Assembly (NCBI RefSeq): GCF_001194135.2
Contig: NC_069002.1
Span: forward strand, 24,676,501-24,740,500
Reading direction: 5' to 3'
Length of the DNA stretch: 64,000 nt
Origin: Octopus bimaculoides
Taxonomy: Eukaryota
Positions 26,446 to 39,391 of the stretch are shown here, in pieces. The notes under the pieces are model-generated. The model saw only the letters and a program-made list of their open reading frames with translations. It was not told the origin of the DNA and did no database searches. The position numbers and the translations under genes are program-made. Position 1 is the first letter of the stretch; each line of letters begins with the position of its first letter.

Positions 26446-26882
26446 AAATGGGAGAGTTTCAATAGGAGGAAATAGTAGAGTTCGTTATGTAAGAAGTTAT
26501 TTTGGGAAGGGAGAGATACTGGAAGATAAGTATGTTATTTATTCTCTTCTCTCTATGCACTTCCCATTACCAGTATATTCACAAAATTTCATTGACACTA
26601 CAGGGTCCTTTTGAATGAACAGCACATGGAATTGATATCTGCACACTATCCATTTGAAACAGCAAAATATGAACTCCTATCGGAATTTAGATACCATGGG
26701 CAAGAAGACCCTTTACCTATTCTACACAGCACGTTCCTTGGATAATGAAACAGCAACTTTAACATCCAAGATATATTTTTATTCTCATATTTTCCTCCAT
26801 ACTTCCAGTATCTCTCCCTTTCCAAAATAACTTCTTATATAACAAACTCTTCTATTTCCTTCTATTGAAACTCATTCTTATC

Positions 26883-26930
26883 GTCTCTGATGATGGGATA
26901 TCTTTTATATCTCTGAAACAGCTGTAAGAC
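26883..26930 (+). ncRNA. Minimal type-I hammerhead ribozyme
   Basis: Stem I gucu/agac; core CUGAUGA and GAAA; 7-bp stem II GGGAUAU/AUAUCUC; stem III AC/GU with palindromic loop AGCU; cleavage triplet GUA. The 10.1-11.1 pair is U.U, which is non-canonical. Confidence 0.75.
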
Positions 26931-27111
26931 TACATTTCTCTTTATAAATATCCTAGAAATATCACACTGCCTTAGCCTTATTAGCTTGGCCTTTTGGATC
27001 TCCTGGATACCAAAACTTCTCATATATATATATATCTGTGTGTGTGTGTGACCGCGTGTGTATCATTGGCGATTTCCTTTCTCTGTCTTCCCTTCTTTGG
27101 ATTTTTTCTAT

Positions 27112-27146
27112 ATTTCTGAGGAAGAGCTGCACTCAAAACGTGAAAT
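27112..27146 (+). ncRNA. Degenerate hammerhead motif (same family as 63650-63685)
   Basis: auuu-CUGAGGA-A-GAG-CUGCA-CUC-AAAAC-GUG-aaau. G12 and H17 are mutated. Confidence 0.45.
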
Positions 27147-28515
27147 CTTTTTTTTTTTTCCTTTCCTGAGCGTCCAATAACACTGAACTTATTCCACGTC
27201 CTCACGTTATTGTTGTTGTTTTTTTTGCTTGTTCATTTTTGGATTGAGTATNNNNNNNNNNNNNNNNNNNNNNNNNNNNNNNNNNNNNNNNNNNNNNNNN
27301 NNNNNNNNNNNNNNNNNNNNNNNNNNNNNNNNNNNNNNNNNNNNNNNNNNNNNNNNNNNNNNNNNNNNNNNNNNNNNNNNNNNNNNNNNNNNNNNNNNNN
27401 NNNNNNNNNNNNNNNNNNNNNNNNNNNNNNNNNNNNNNNNNNNNNNNNNNNNNNNNNNNNNNNNNNNNNNNNNNNNNNNNNNNNNNNNNNNNNNNNNNNN
27501 NNNNNNNNNNNNNNNNNNNNNNNNNNNNNNNNNNNNNNNNNNNNNNNNNNNNNNNNNNNNNNNNNNNNNNNNNNNNNNNNNNNNNNNNNNNNNNNNNNNN
27601 NNNNNNNNNNNNNNNNNNNNNNNNNNNNNNNNNNNNNNNNNNNNNNNNNNNNNNNNNNNNNNNNNNNNNNNNNNNNNNNNNNNNNNNNNNNNNNNNNNNN
27701 NNNNNNNNNNNNNNNNNNNNNNNNNNNNNNNNNNNNNNNNNNNNNNNNNNNNNNNNNNNNNNNNNNNNNNNNNNNNNNNNNNNNNNNNNNNNNNNNNNNN
27801 NNNNNNNNNNNNNNNNNNNNNNNNNNNNNNNNNNNNNNNNNNNNNNNNNNNNNNNNNNNNNNNNNNNNNNNNNNNNNNNNNNNNNNNNNNNNNNNNNNNN
27901 NNNNNNNNNNNNNNNNNNNNNNNNNNNNNNNNNNNNNNNNNNNNNNNNNNNNNNNNNNNNNNNNNNNNNATATATATATATATGTATGTATGTATGTATG
28001 TATATACGCACACACAGTCATTTGTTCGTGATCATCCACACATATATGCATAACCGATTATGCTGCATAATGGAGAAAATAAACATGAAATAAATTGATA
28101 TATGGTAGTGTATGACATATATGTTTCCATATATATATATATAACTATTGGAAATAATTAACTTTTATCTTCATTCTTTTCCCTGGATACATCTCTCTCC
28201 AGCTGGAGGAAGCCTTTCCTCGTCTCTCCTCAGCATCGTCACATTTGGTGCCGGCCTTTCTTACATGATTTAGCGAAGATGCTTCTATTTTAGGTACCTA
28301 GGTAGAATTTGAACTCAGAACGCAAATGCACAGAGTAAAGACTGCTAATCTACCATCCTGAATTGATACTTTTAGTCAATCCCAAAAGTGATGGAAGGCA
28401 GACTTGACCTCGGCAGTACTCGATCTCATTGTGCAGTGAATCAGAACAAGTACCGACATTGAATTTGTCGTTCCAAAGACTTTACCAATACACCTCTTCA
28501 ACAGCAGTGAGCGTT

Positions 28516-28577
<62 letters not shown>

Positions 28578-29639
28578 TGCGCAAACATATTTCATATAGA
28601 ATGACGGTGAAAACAAGATATTTTACATCGAATCAAGTTCCAGATCTGTGAAAAATATAGCCATTTGGACTCATTAATTCGCGGTGTATATTTTATTCAC
28701 TTCATCAAGATTTGAACTCAAGCTGAACATGCTACTCTTGGCAGTTATGCCACTTCATGTCTGAGTGTCAAAGTTAATAAATATAATAATTACAAGGTGG
28801 GAATTGAAGTAATTCTAAACATAACTGAGACATCTTTGATGGCAAATAATAAATAAAACTTGAAACTGCTCCCAACGGTATTTTTAACTCTAGTTAAAAG
28901 TTAGTCACTTTCGTTTACAACCTACAGAGGATATAAAATATAGCAATAAATATATATAAGGAAGTTATATGAAGAACGGTGAAGGTTGAAATGTTACTGT
29001 TGGTTCCTTTTATTATAACAATCTTTCGACAGCGAATCAAAGTCAGTAATATGTAAGATATGGCGGCAGAAAGTTAGGTCTTAAAATTCTGATACTCATC
29101 AGTAAACGTTTTGAAGTATTCTTATTAGAATATTCTATAAATCACTACCAGAAACCTTCATGTCTTACTAGTTAACATTTTCTGTTTCTAACTGAGTTGT
29201 AAGACAAATAATGTCATCTAACACCTTCGAGTTTGAAATGGTAAATGCTTTGAGAAAAGTTCAACAGAGAGATGAATGATAAGAAAATGAAAATCAGGTT
29301 TGTTTGGGTTGGGGAAACAAAAGATTAGGCGATGTATAAGTAAAAGTGGCTGGTCTGCTTTTAGGCTAGGTAGTGGCTGTGTGGTAAGTAGCTTGGCATT
29401 TATGCCACTTCATGTCTGAGTGTCTGAGTCAGTGTTGTTTTAACACTGAATGTTGTCAAGACGTTGCTTTGCAGCGGTCTTGAAGTATGTAACTGTGAAG
29501 GTGCAGCTATAAGGTAAGACATCTGTTTGGGGGGGGGATTCTGTTAGGGGTTTGTTGTGTTTGTTGTCTATTTTGTTAAAACAAGAAACCCCTACTGAAT
29601 TCCGAGCATTTGTCTGCCTGTAGTTGTGCTGTCTCACTT

Positions 29640-30935
29640 AATTGTGAGAATCGTGTTGTTTTGGGGGCGTATCCCGCCTCCAAAAATTGTGGAATTTAAA
29701 AAAAAATTGTTGAAGTTTTTACCAATTTGTGGTGAATATTTGTGGAGCTGTGTTCCTGCTGCTGTGTCCCTGTTGCTGTAGGAGTACATTTGGCCAGGAG
29801 TACCGGTTGGCCGGAATTGTGTTTTGCTGTGTTCTTTGGAACTGTCTTCTTCCTTTCGTTCTCTTCTTTTCTTTCTTCGAAGTTTTTTTTACTTTTTTGT
29901 TTGAACTTTCTGATTTCTCTCTTGAACTTTCTTTAACATGGCAAAAAAAAATCGGACCCAAACAGTGGTTAAAAGACTTGGAGGAAAAGGACGGTGGTGT
30001 TGAGGACATATTCAAAGTCACTCGACACCATCACTGTCTTTCCGAAATTAGATATTGAGAAAGAATTGGCAGAGCATCTGCCAACTATTAAGTTTATTTC
30101 CAGGAGTGTTAAATACGCAACGGTGTGGTTGCTATTTGACACACCTGAGGTGGCTCGCAAGTTTGCGAGCCAGCACTTGGAGGGCAATAAGATTTTGTTC
30201 TTCCCTAATTGTGGGAAGAAACTAACAAGAGCTTGGGCCTGCGGGCTGCCACCTGGGAGGGAACTCGAGTGGATAGAGGATACTATCCGCCGGGGTCTGG
30301 GTGGAAGCGGACCCAAGCTATTAAATGTGAAGTTATTGCCGGCGGCTGATTGGGTTAGGTCAAAAGCGGTTTTGATCCTGTGGACCCTATCATCCACAAA
30401 AGATCTGGTGTTCCCAGATATTTTAGAGATGGCCGGAAATAGGTATCCGTTGATACTTGAGGCACGTCCACCCAAGTGTCACCTGTGCCTGGAACCGGGC
30501 CATATTAAAAAAAACTGTCCCCAGGACCAGAGTAAGGTTCTGGAACAGTTGGTGACAAAGGAATCTACCCCTCCCCAGTCAGAGGGGTATATAGAAACGG
30601 TCAAGAAGGTGGAAACCTCCTAAAAAAAGGCCGTAAGGTGGACTACAAGGGTGGCCCACCGAAGGCTGCGAGAGGAAGGAAAGCTCTTCCAGACGAAACG
30701 GAAGAAGGACATTGCCGGCGGTTAGTGGAAATTGTGCCACCGACGGAGGAAACTGTGGCCCCTTGCGATGTGATAGAGGGGGGAATTTGTGGTCTTCTTT
30801 CACAAGGGAGGGGCTGTACAGAACTTCATTAAGAAGTTGAACACAAAAGGGCCGACGAGAAGGGGTTCTGGCCAGCATTGAGGACTCCGATTGGCCTCCT
30901 CAGGTAGCTGCGAAGGTCATATGGGAAATTGATTT
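29640..30935 (+). mobile_element. Tx1/L1-group LINE 5' UTR plus ORF1 (gag-like, zinc knuckle); ends at a gap
   Basis: GC-richer block. Probable start ATG at 29938 with two frameshifts; the long open frame has CHLCLEPGHIKKNC (CX2CX4HX4C) after an RRM-like region. The 5' boundary is approximate. Confidence 0.78.
29994..30623 (+). pseudogene. Retroelement ORF1p fragment (nucleic-acid-binding, CCHC zinc knuckle)
   Basis: 209-aa uninterrupted frame in the ORF track with a CCHC motif; the N-terminus is frameshifted. Confidence 0.75.
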
Positions 30936-31388
30936 NNNNNNNNNNNNNNNNNNNNNNNNNNNNNNNNNNNNNNNNNNNNNNNNNNNNNNNNNNNNNNNNN
31001 NNNNNNNNNNNNNNNNNNNNNNNNNNNNNNNNNNNNNNNNNNNNNNNNNNNNNNNNNNNNNNNNNNNNNNNNNNNNNNNNNNNNNNNNNNNNNNNNNNNN
31101 NNNNNNNNNNNNNNNNNNNNNNNNNNNNNNNNNNNNNNNNNNNNNNNNNNNNNNNNNNNNNNNNNNNNNNNNNNNNNNNNNNNNNNNNNNNNNNNNNNNN
31201 NNNNNNNNNNNNNNNNNNNNNNNNNNNNNNNNNNNNNNNNNNNNNNNNNNNNNNNNNNNNNNNNNNNNNNNNNNNNNNNNNNNNNNNNNNNNNNNNNNNN
31301 NNNNNNNNNNNNNNNNNNNNNNNNNNNNNNNNNNNNNNNNNNNNNNNNNNNNNNNNNNNNNNNNNNNNNNNNNNNNNNNNNNNNNNNG

Positions 31389-31462
31389 GCCGACCAAAGC
31401 CTTGTGAGTGGATTTGGTAAACGTACACTGAAAGAAACCTGTTGTATACATGTATATATATA

Positions 31463-31497
<35 letters not shown>

Positions 31498-31692
31498 TTG
31501 TCCCCCAACATCACTTGACAACCGATGCTGATGTGTTTACGTCCCCGTAACCTAGTGGTTCCGCAAAAGAGACCGATAGAATAAGTACTTGGCTTACAAA
31601 GAATAAGTCCTGGGGTCGATTTGTTTGACTAAAGGCGGTGTCCCAGCATGACCGCAGTCAAATGACTGAAACAAGTAAATGAATAAAAGAAT
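31389..31692 (+). mobile_element. CORE-type SINE, 5' part lost in a gap
   Basis: ggccgaccaaagccttgtgagtggatttgg..gtccccgtaac..ggggtcgatttg..gactgaaacaagtaa. Confidence 0.9.
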
Positions 31693-31931
31693 AATGGCTA
31701 GACACAGTTTTTTTTAGTTATATAATAAGTTAAAGAATAAGTGACGGATATATAGCGAATTTGTGAATAATGCTGATCTATAAATCATAGCGAATTTGTG
31801 AATAATGGTTGTCTATAAATCAGATGCCTTTACATGAGTTTTGTTTGTTTGTTTTTTTCTTCTTTTTGGCGAGTGGGTGGCAAAAGAACGTTCTCTAGAT
31901 GTTTGATTTTGGTTATAACTGTAATACCAAA

Positions 31932-32125
31932 GGGCGGCGAGCTGGCTAAGTCGTTAACACACCGGGCAAAATGCTTAGCGGAATTTCTTCCAGTCTTTAC
32001 GGTCTGAGTTCAAATTTCGTTCTTTTAGGGTAGTTAAAAATATGTACCAGTTGCACACTGGGGTCGATGTAATTTACTAACACCTTTTTCCTAAGTTCCA
32101 GGCCTTGTGTTAAGATTAAGAAGAA
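31932..32125 (+). mobile_element. tRNA-derived SINE (ggcggcgagctggc head)
   Basis: Co-linear with the copy at 25665. Confidence 0.85.
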
Positions 32126-33017
32126 ATAATTGTATTTACCAGATGTCAAGCCCAAATTTGTCACCTATCACCAGAAAGGACTCAAGAATTTAAATAATAC
32201 AAGAACGTCTGAGGTAACCATCAACTGCGATAAGGTAATATATATAGATATAAGCACAATCGACGAATTTTTAATGTCATAGATTGGTAAATAATATAAT
32301 TGAGTTTATAGTTTATAAAGCAAAGCTAAACAGCACTGTAAAACTCTCGAAGGTGCGTAACGAATTTATAAAGAAATCTGCAATAGATATATACTTTGGT
32401 TGTATAGAAAAGTGGAACACAGAATTTATGTTTACAGAACGCAAGAGAAGTATTCTGGAATGCTGATAAATACATTAAAGTATTTCAAATTGAATTCTGA
32501 AGGAATCAATCGATCGGACGTAAGTATTTCTTTTCTAGTCTAGACACAATCTACAAGTTTTGACTTGAACACTTTTACTGTTTCTTGCCAATATAATTCC
32601 ATTCGCATCATAATTTAACATTTGTGTTTCGATAAAATATTTTAACGCATCGAGGTTTCAAGTAAAATTGAAAACGAAACAAAAATAAAATATGATAATA
32701 AACAATAAGGAAGAAATCAATGTATTTTGTGACAAATGCAAATATCAACGGAAAACTTTCTGCTTGGAAACCAAAAGAAAAGAAAATCATACACCATCGA
32801 TTGAAGGAAAAATAAGATATAGTAACTATTGCATCTGACGTTTCTGATATTACCATTCTTTCAGGAATATAGTATTTGATCTATGATGGTATAATTATGG
32901 AGAATCGGTATCTAAATATATTAGTGTTTTATTTGTTACTTTTCTATACGCTTCTTTATTGCGATCCATAAGTACTTTTAGCGTATACTTTTCAAATCTT
33001 CAGATACTGAATATTCA

Positions 33018-33062
<45 letters not shown>

Positions 33063-34450
33063 TGTGGGTATGTATTTGTGCGTATGTGGGTATGTGTGTG
33101 TGTATGTATGTATATATGTAGATATGTGTATACAGATTTATACATATATATATATATATATACATATTTATAGATAGATATATATACATACATAATGCAT
33201 ACGTACCTACATAACACACGCACATACATACATACGCGCACACACATACACACAACCACACAAATACAGATACACACACACGCACACACATGCACACACA
33301 CACACGCACACAGATATGTGTGCGCGCGTGTTGATGTGTGTGTGTCTGTGTGTGTGTCTGTGTGTTTGTTGTAAACAAACAGTTCCTTATTCAACAGAAT
33401 TCTACAGTCAGATATGTTCAAACAGATAAAAATATGATTTCCATTATTATGATGATGAGATAAGGCGCCGCACATATCTTATATACTACGTACCGATAAA
33501 TTGTTGAACAGTGTGTGCGCGCTCGTGTTTCTCTCTGTGTCTGTTTTTGTGCGTGAATGTGTCTGTGTGTGTATGTGTGTGTGTGTGTGTGTGCGTGTCT
33601 GTGTGTGGGTGTGTGTGCNNNNNNNNNNNNNNNNNNNNNNNNNNNNNNNNNNNNNNNNNNNNNNNNNNNNNNNNNNNNNNNNNNNNNNNNNNNNNNNNNN
33701 NNNNNNNNNNNNNNNNNNNNNNNNNNNNNNNNNNNNNNNNNNNNNNNNNNNNNNNNNNNNNNNNNNNNNNNNNNNNNNNNNNNNNNNNNNNNNNNNNNNN
33801 NNNNNNNNNNNNNNNNNNNNNNNNNNNNNNNNNNNNNNNNNNNNNNNNNNNNNNNNNNNNNNNNNNNNNNNNNNNNNNNNNNNNNNNNNNNNNNNNNNNN
33901 NNNNNNNNNNNNNNNNNNNNNNNNNNNNNNNNNNNNNNNNNNNNNNNNNNNNNNNNNNNNNNNNNNNNNNNNNNNNNNNNNNNNNNNNNNNNNNNNNNNN
34001 NNNNNNNNNNNNNNNNNNNNNNNNNNNNNNNNNNNNNNNNNNNNNNNNNNNNNNNNNNNNNNNNNNNNNNNNNNNNNNNNNNNNNNNNNNNNNNNNNNNN
34101 NNNNNNNNNNNNNNNNNNNNNNNNNNNNNNNNNNNNNNNNNNNNNNNNNNNNNNNNNNNNNNNNNNNNNNNNNNNNNNNNNNNNNNNNNNNNNNNNNNNN
34201 NNNNNNNNNNNNNNNNNNNNNNNNNNNNNNNNNNNNNNNNNNNNNNNNNNNNNNNNNNNNNNNNNNNNNNNNNNNNNNNNNNNNNNNNNNNNNNNNNNNN
34301 NNNNNNNNNNNNNNNNNNNNNNNNNNNNNNNNNNNNNNNNNNNNNNNNNNNNNNNNNNNNNNNNNNNNNNNNNNNNNNNNNNNNNNNNNNNNNNNNNNNN
34401 NNNNNNNNNNNNNNNNNNNNNNNNNNNNNNNNNNNNNNNNNNNNNNNNNN

Positions 34451-34485
<35 letters not shown>

Positions 34486-34754
34486 TATATACATACGTAT
34501 ATGTACATACTTACATCTATACGTGTATTTATATGCATATGTAGGCACAGGATGTCACGAAACGTGTACATCAAAAAAGTACGAAGCACAATCCATGGAA
34601 CATGAACTAGTCTTTCGAACAACGAAAGAAACAAATGGAAAACAAAACAAACATAAAGAACGACCCTTCATCAGTTGTTGGCTGTTTTTCTAGTCTCGTA
34701 TTTCGGACAGTTAATATGTATACACACACTCACTCACGCACATGTATACACGAT

Positions 34755-34912
34755 GAGTTTCTTTTAGTGTCCCTCTATGAAATCCAATCACAAGGCTCTG
34801 GTCGACCCGGTGCTAAAGTAGAAGACACTTGCCCAATGTGTTACATTTCTTCACTGTATGACTCAGCGTTTAGTAACCGGCGGAACCACGCGAGTAGGAA
34901 GCAAGCTTCTCA
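34755..34912 (-). mobile_element. 5' part of a CORE-type SINE, degenerate
   Basis: aaatccaatcacaaggctctggtcgacccgg..gtagaagacacttgcccaa. Confidence 0.7.
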
Positions 34913-35134
34913 TGTTCTTTGGCTGAAGCAGGCCAGGAATTATGAAGTGGCGCATAATGTTGATTCTTGGAATGCTTTTATTAAGATGGTGAATTCGTGT
35001 ATATTCACCTGAGGAAAGTGATTTTTTTCGCATGATGAAATAACATTATTCATTATTTTTTAAAATCTCGTTTGAAACAGCTGTAAGGAATGAACCAATT
35101 CCCATCTGCTGTTATTTACTTCTGTGTAAAAGAT

Positions 35135-35450
35135 AAAGACCCCCTTCGGGCAGGAATGACCGTGGGATTGCACCTAGAAATTTACCCTTCGAGGCACGAG
35201 TCCAGGCAACATTGTCTCTAGAAGACCAGCAGTCGTCCATGCATATCAGCCTTCCTTCTCCCCGACACTTACGTTATCCAAGAGAAAGACAAAAGCCTAT
35301 ACAGCTTGGCACTAGGGACGTCGCAACTTATTTCTACCGTTCAGTGAAGTGGAGCAACTGGAAAGAATGTCTTTTTTCAAGAACACAACATACAGCCTGG
35401 TCTGGAAACCGAACTCACTACCCCATGATTGTAAGCCAGTGAATGACGCT
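35135..35450 (-). mobile_element. tRNA-derived SINE, same family as 13060-13342
   Basis: gaatgaccgtgggattgcacctagaaa..cagtcgtccatgcat..cagcttggcac. Confidence 0.8.
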
Positions 35451-35844
35451 CCTCCACATTGTATGTATATATATACATGTGTGTGTGTATATACGCACAC
35501 ATGTANNNNNNNNNNNNNNNNNNNNNNNNNNNNNNNNNNNNNNNNNNNNNNNNNNNNNNNNNNNNNNNNNNNNNNNNNNNNNNNNNNNNNNNNNNNNNNN
35601 NNNNNNNNNNNNNNNNNNNNNNNNNNNNNNNNNNNNNNNNNNNNNNNNNNNNNNNNNNNNNNNNNNNNNNNNNNNNNNNNNNNNNNNNNNNNNNNNNNNN
35701 NNNNNNNNNNNNNNNNNNNNNNNNNNNNNNNNNNNNNNNNNNNNNNNNNNNNNNNNNNNNNNNNNNNNNNNNNNNNNNNNNNNNNNNNNNNNNNNNNNNN
35801 NNNNNNNNNNNNNNNNNNNNNNNNNNNNNNNNNNNNNNNNNNNN

Positions 35845-35864
<20 letters not shown>

Positions 35865-35877
<13 letters not shown>

Positions 35878-36005
35878 ATAAGGGCATTACTATATAGTAA
35901 TGCCTCACGCTTAGAGGGACTTAATAAGTCAAAACTACCAAAAATAAGCACATATTTACCGAAAGCGAGGGAATGCAACTTTCAAAGTTAACCTCCTAAA
36001 AACAT
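35865..36005. repeat. Dispersed repeat module with a perfect 22-bp palindrome (copy 1 of 3)
   Basis: ggcattactatatagtaatgcc at 35883-35904, then tcacgcttagagggact..aagtcaaaactacc. Also present at about 39060-39300 and 43000-43265. Confidence 0.85.
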
Positions 36006-36709
36006 TTAACTTAACGGCAAACGTACTGGAGTCGATCTAATCGACTGACCCCTCCCCAAAAATTTCGGCCGTTGTGCCTAGAGTAGAAAAGAATATCATG
36101 ATCATAATGATTAATAATTTAGGCACGCGTACGACACAGCGCCTTTGACGTGACACCATTTCTTCTTTCCTTGGTTGGAAGAATTGAACTTGCTCACAAA
36201 ACTGCTCGAATGATTTAATGGTAACTCTGCAGTAGTCAATCAGTTAATTCGATTTTACTTTTCCTGGTTTATTTACTGTTTTGCTGAGCGTATAATGATT
36301 ATTAGCAATATGAACATATAACTGTCATAATGAAGTTACTATGGAGATTTTTAATTCTCAATAATCGAATCTAAACACACACACAAACAACCACATATAT
36401 ATAGTAATATATATGTGTGTCTATATATATGTATATACATACAAACACGTACTTATATATATGTATATTGATGTATATATATATATATATAAATATACAT
36501 ATACACACATATACATATATGCACAGATATATATATACATATATATATGTATACATATCTATACATATATATATATATATATGTATACAAATATGTATAC
36601 ATACATATATATATGAATATATACATACAAACACATATATACGTAAATATATATATACATATATATATATACATACACACAAATACGTACATATATGTAT
36701 GTATGTATG

Positions 36710-36758
<49 letters not shown>

Positions 36759-38223
36759 NNNNNNNNNNNNNNNNNNNNNNNNNNNNNNNNNNNNNNNNNN
36801 NNNNNNNNNNNNNNNNNNNNNNNNNNNNNNNNNNNNNNNNNNNNNNNNNNNNNNNNNNNNNNNNNNNNNNNNNNNNNNNNNNNNNNNNNNNNNNNNNNNN
36901 NNNNNNNNNNNNNNNNNNNNNNNNNNNNNNNNNNNNNNNNNNNNNNNNNNNNNNNNNNNNNNNNNNNNNNNNNNNNNNNNNNNNNNNNNNNNNNNNNNNN
37001 NNNNNNNNNNNNNNNNNNNNNNNNNNNNNNNNNNNNNNNNNNNNNNNNNNNNNNNNNNNNNNNNNNNNNNNNNNNNNNNNNNNNNNNNNNNNNNNNNNNN
37101 NNNNNNNNNNNNNNNNNNNNNNTATATATATATATAGTATAGTATAGATACGTATGAATAATTACAATCTTTACTGTATCCAGTGTATTTGTGTTCTATT
37201 GTGGTTTAATAAGACTGTATTGGTTGCGAATTCTCAGAAGCAACGACGATACAAAATATAAATGGCTGCTTTCTGAATAAGTCAACATTATACTTATGAT
37301 AATTGATATTATCGATTAAATGCCATACCTATGAGCATAACTAACAGAAACTCATCGATGCCTTTTTTTCCTCCGCAACACCTCATCACCGACAGCATTA
37401 TCATCGTCGCCATCACTACCACATCCACCACAACAGAGTAGACACGACGACAGCATGAAGGCCACGATAACCCCCGAATTGAGCACCACCACCACTACCA
37501 ACACTAACAAAAACTACAACAAATTTACCCCATCAAACTTTCATTCTTTTATATGTACAAATGTTGTTGAATGAAACATTATTATTGCTTTCTATAGGAT
37601 GTTATTGATTATGGAACCAAACGCCGATACTACGCAGTCCCTTATGTCCTTGACAATCAGCAAAGATATATAATAGTTTCTAGATTTCTGTTTTGCAGCA
37701 TTTTCGTCTCATTGTTACTTTTGTTTCCTTCTTTAGAAATTTCCTTTATTATATTTTAGCCCATGTTTTCTTAACATTTTTCATTATTTTTCCATTATGT
37801 TTCGAGACATTACCCTTGCATTGTTGCAAATAAAACTTTCTCCTGCCCATGCTTCATCACCATCGTTGTTTCCTTCTCAACGATGTTATCATTTATTATT
37901 AGTATTCGTGATTGTTGTAGTTGTTTTTTGTTATTGTTGTTGTTGTTTTTTGTTGTTAGTCTCCTTCTTCTTCTTCATCATCATCATTATCCTTATTGTT
38001 ATTGTTATTATTATTATTATTATTGCTCTTTATGTTGTAATTACATATAAATGCATATTACAATCGTAAAATACACTTTCGAAAAATACGTACACACACA
38101 AATATACACACATTACACACAGGCACGCACAACATACACTCACACATATAATTATACACATATATATAATAATAATATATTATATATATAGTATATTATG
38201 TGTGTATGTGTGTGTGTATGAAC

Positions 38224-38254
<31 letters not shown>

Positions 38255-38269
38255 CTTTGATACTTTTAT

Positions 38270-39010
38270 AAGACTCGGCGGGTATTGGCCGAGGCCATGT
38301 CTAACTTAATGGTACCACCTGGCAAAGTCATTCAAATCAGGAATTGGACAACATGGCCCACTCGAATAGAGAGTTATTGTCTATGGAGACATATCCAGGT
38401 GTAGGAGGTTTATCCAGGATTTCTTGAACGAATTTGTCTAAAGACTTCTTGAACTTTATGGTTTCTGCCTTAATGTGTTTTGATGTAATGTTAAATAGAA
38501 TGGGGGGGGGGGCAACTGAGGGGAAATGATTGTGTTGTATTTTTATGAGACGCGTGTATGATTTATGCTGTGAGCAACATGTTGGGCAATGTTGATGGAA
38601 TATTTTCCGTATCAGGCAGATGATGTAGCGCTCACGACAACGCGGGAGAGAATAAAGCTTGAATATTTCTAGTCAATCCTAATAGTCAAGGCCTGTCGTG
38701 ATATCTATTATTTTGGTAATTGACCTTTGAGGTGCTTCATCTTTCATGATACTTTGTTTCGTGTGGGGAAACCCCAGTGGACAACAATGTTCAATGTGAG
38801 GTCGGGAAAATGTGGAGAAGGGGCAGATAGCGGTGTGGATATCTCTCGACTTGAAAGTTCTGAGAATCAAGGAACACATTCTGTGGGCCATGTCAACTTT
38901 GCAGTTTACATGTACTTATATTGTTGTCCAGAATTACTCCCAAGTCACTGGTATGTTTGGATGCTATGAGAGTTTCACCTGAAGGAAGGGAGTATGGGAG
39001 TTTCAGATTA
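38270..39010 (-). mobile_element. CR1-group LINE RT C-terminal remnant
   Basis: ASKHTSDLGVILDNN; ILRTFKSRD..FSTFSRPHIEHCCP..PQRSITKII..GLDY; LSLYSLPRRRERY. Confidence 0.82.
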
Positions 39011-39022
39011 TCCTCTTTTTCC

Positions 39023-39059
<37 letters not shown>

Positions 39060-39061
<2 letters not shown>

Positions 39062-39300
39062 ATAAAATCTTTANNNNNNNNNNTATATATATATATATAT
39101 ATATATAGGATAAAATCTTTATAAGGATTTATCAAGTAGTCAGCGTGAAAAAACGCCATAAGGAAAAAAACTCATTGTTTTTTACCATAAATATATATAA
39201 TTTATATAAGGGCATTAACTATATAGTAATGCCTCACGCTTAGAGGGACTAAATAAGTCAAAAACTACCAAAAAATAAGAAACATATTTAAGAGAATTTG
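39060..39300. repeat. Dispersed palindrome-bearing module (copy 2 of 3), abutting (TA)n
   Basis: ggataaaatctttataaggatttatcaagtagtcagcgtgaaaa..gggcattaactatatagtaatgcctcacgct. Confidence 0.85.
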
Positions 39301-39391
39301 ACATCGCTGCCCTAAACTGCGTCTCATTTCGAGCCATTGGTTCGTCTGGTATCGTGGAGAGGAAAGCGTCGAATTTTGTCTTGAAGACCTC
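39290..39391 (-). mobile_element. CR1-group LINE extreme C-terminus
   Basis: EVFKTKFDAFLSTIPDEPMARNETQFRAAMSNSL. Confidence 0.8.

Larger units (their letters stand above)
26341..26987. repeat. Head-to-head inverted repeat (about 185-bp arms 26341-26525 and 26802-26987), Penelope pLTR-like, each arm carrying a hammerhead motif
   Basis: The arms align by eye as reverse complements along their length (e.g. gggagagatactggaag / cttccagtatctctccc; tgatatttctagga / tcctagaaatatca). Confidence 0.9.

Noticed and set aside
31752-31821. 35-bp tandem duplication as a regulatory repeat
   Set aside because: Only two imperfect copies; consistent with an ordinary slippage duplication.
39055-39125. Tandem duplication of ataggataaaatcttta
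   Set aside because: The two copies straddle a 10-N gap, typical of unmerged contig overlap.
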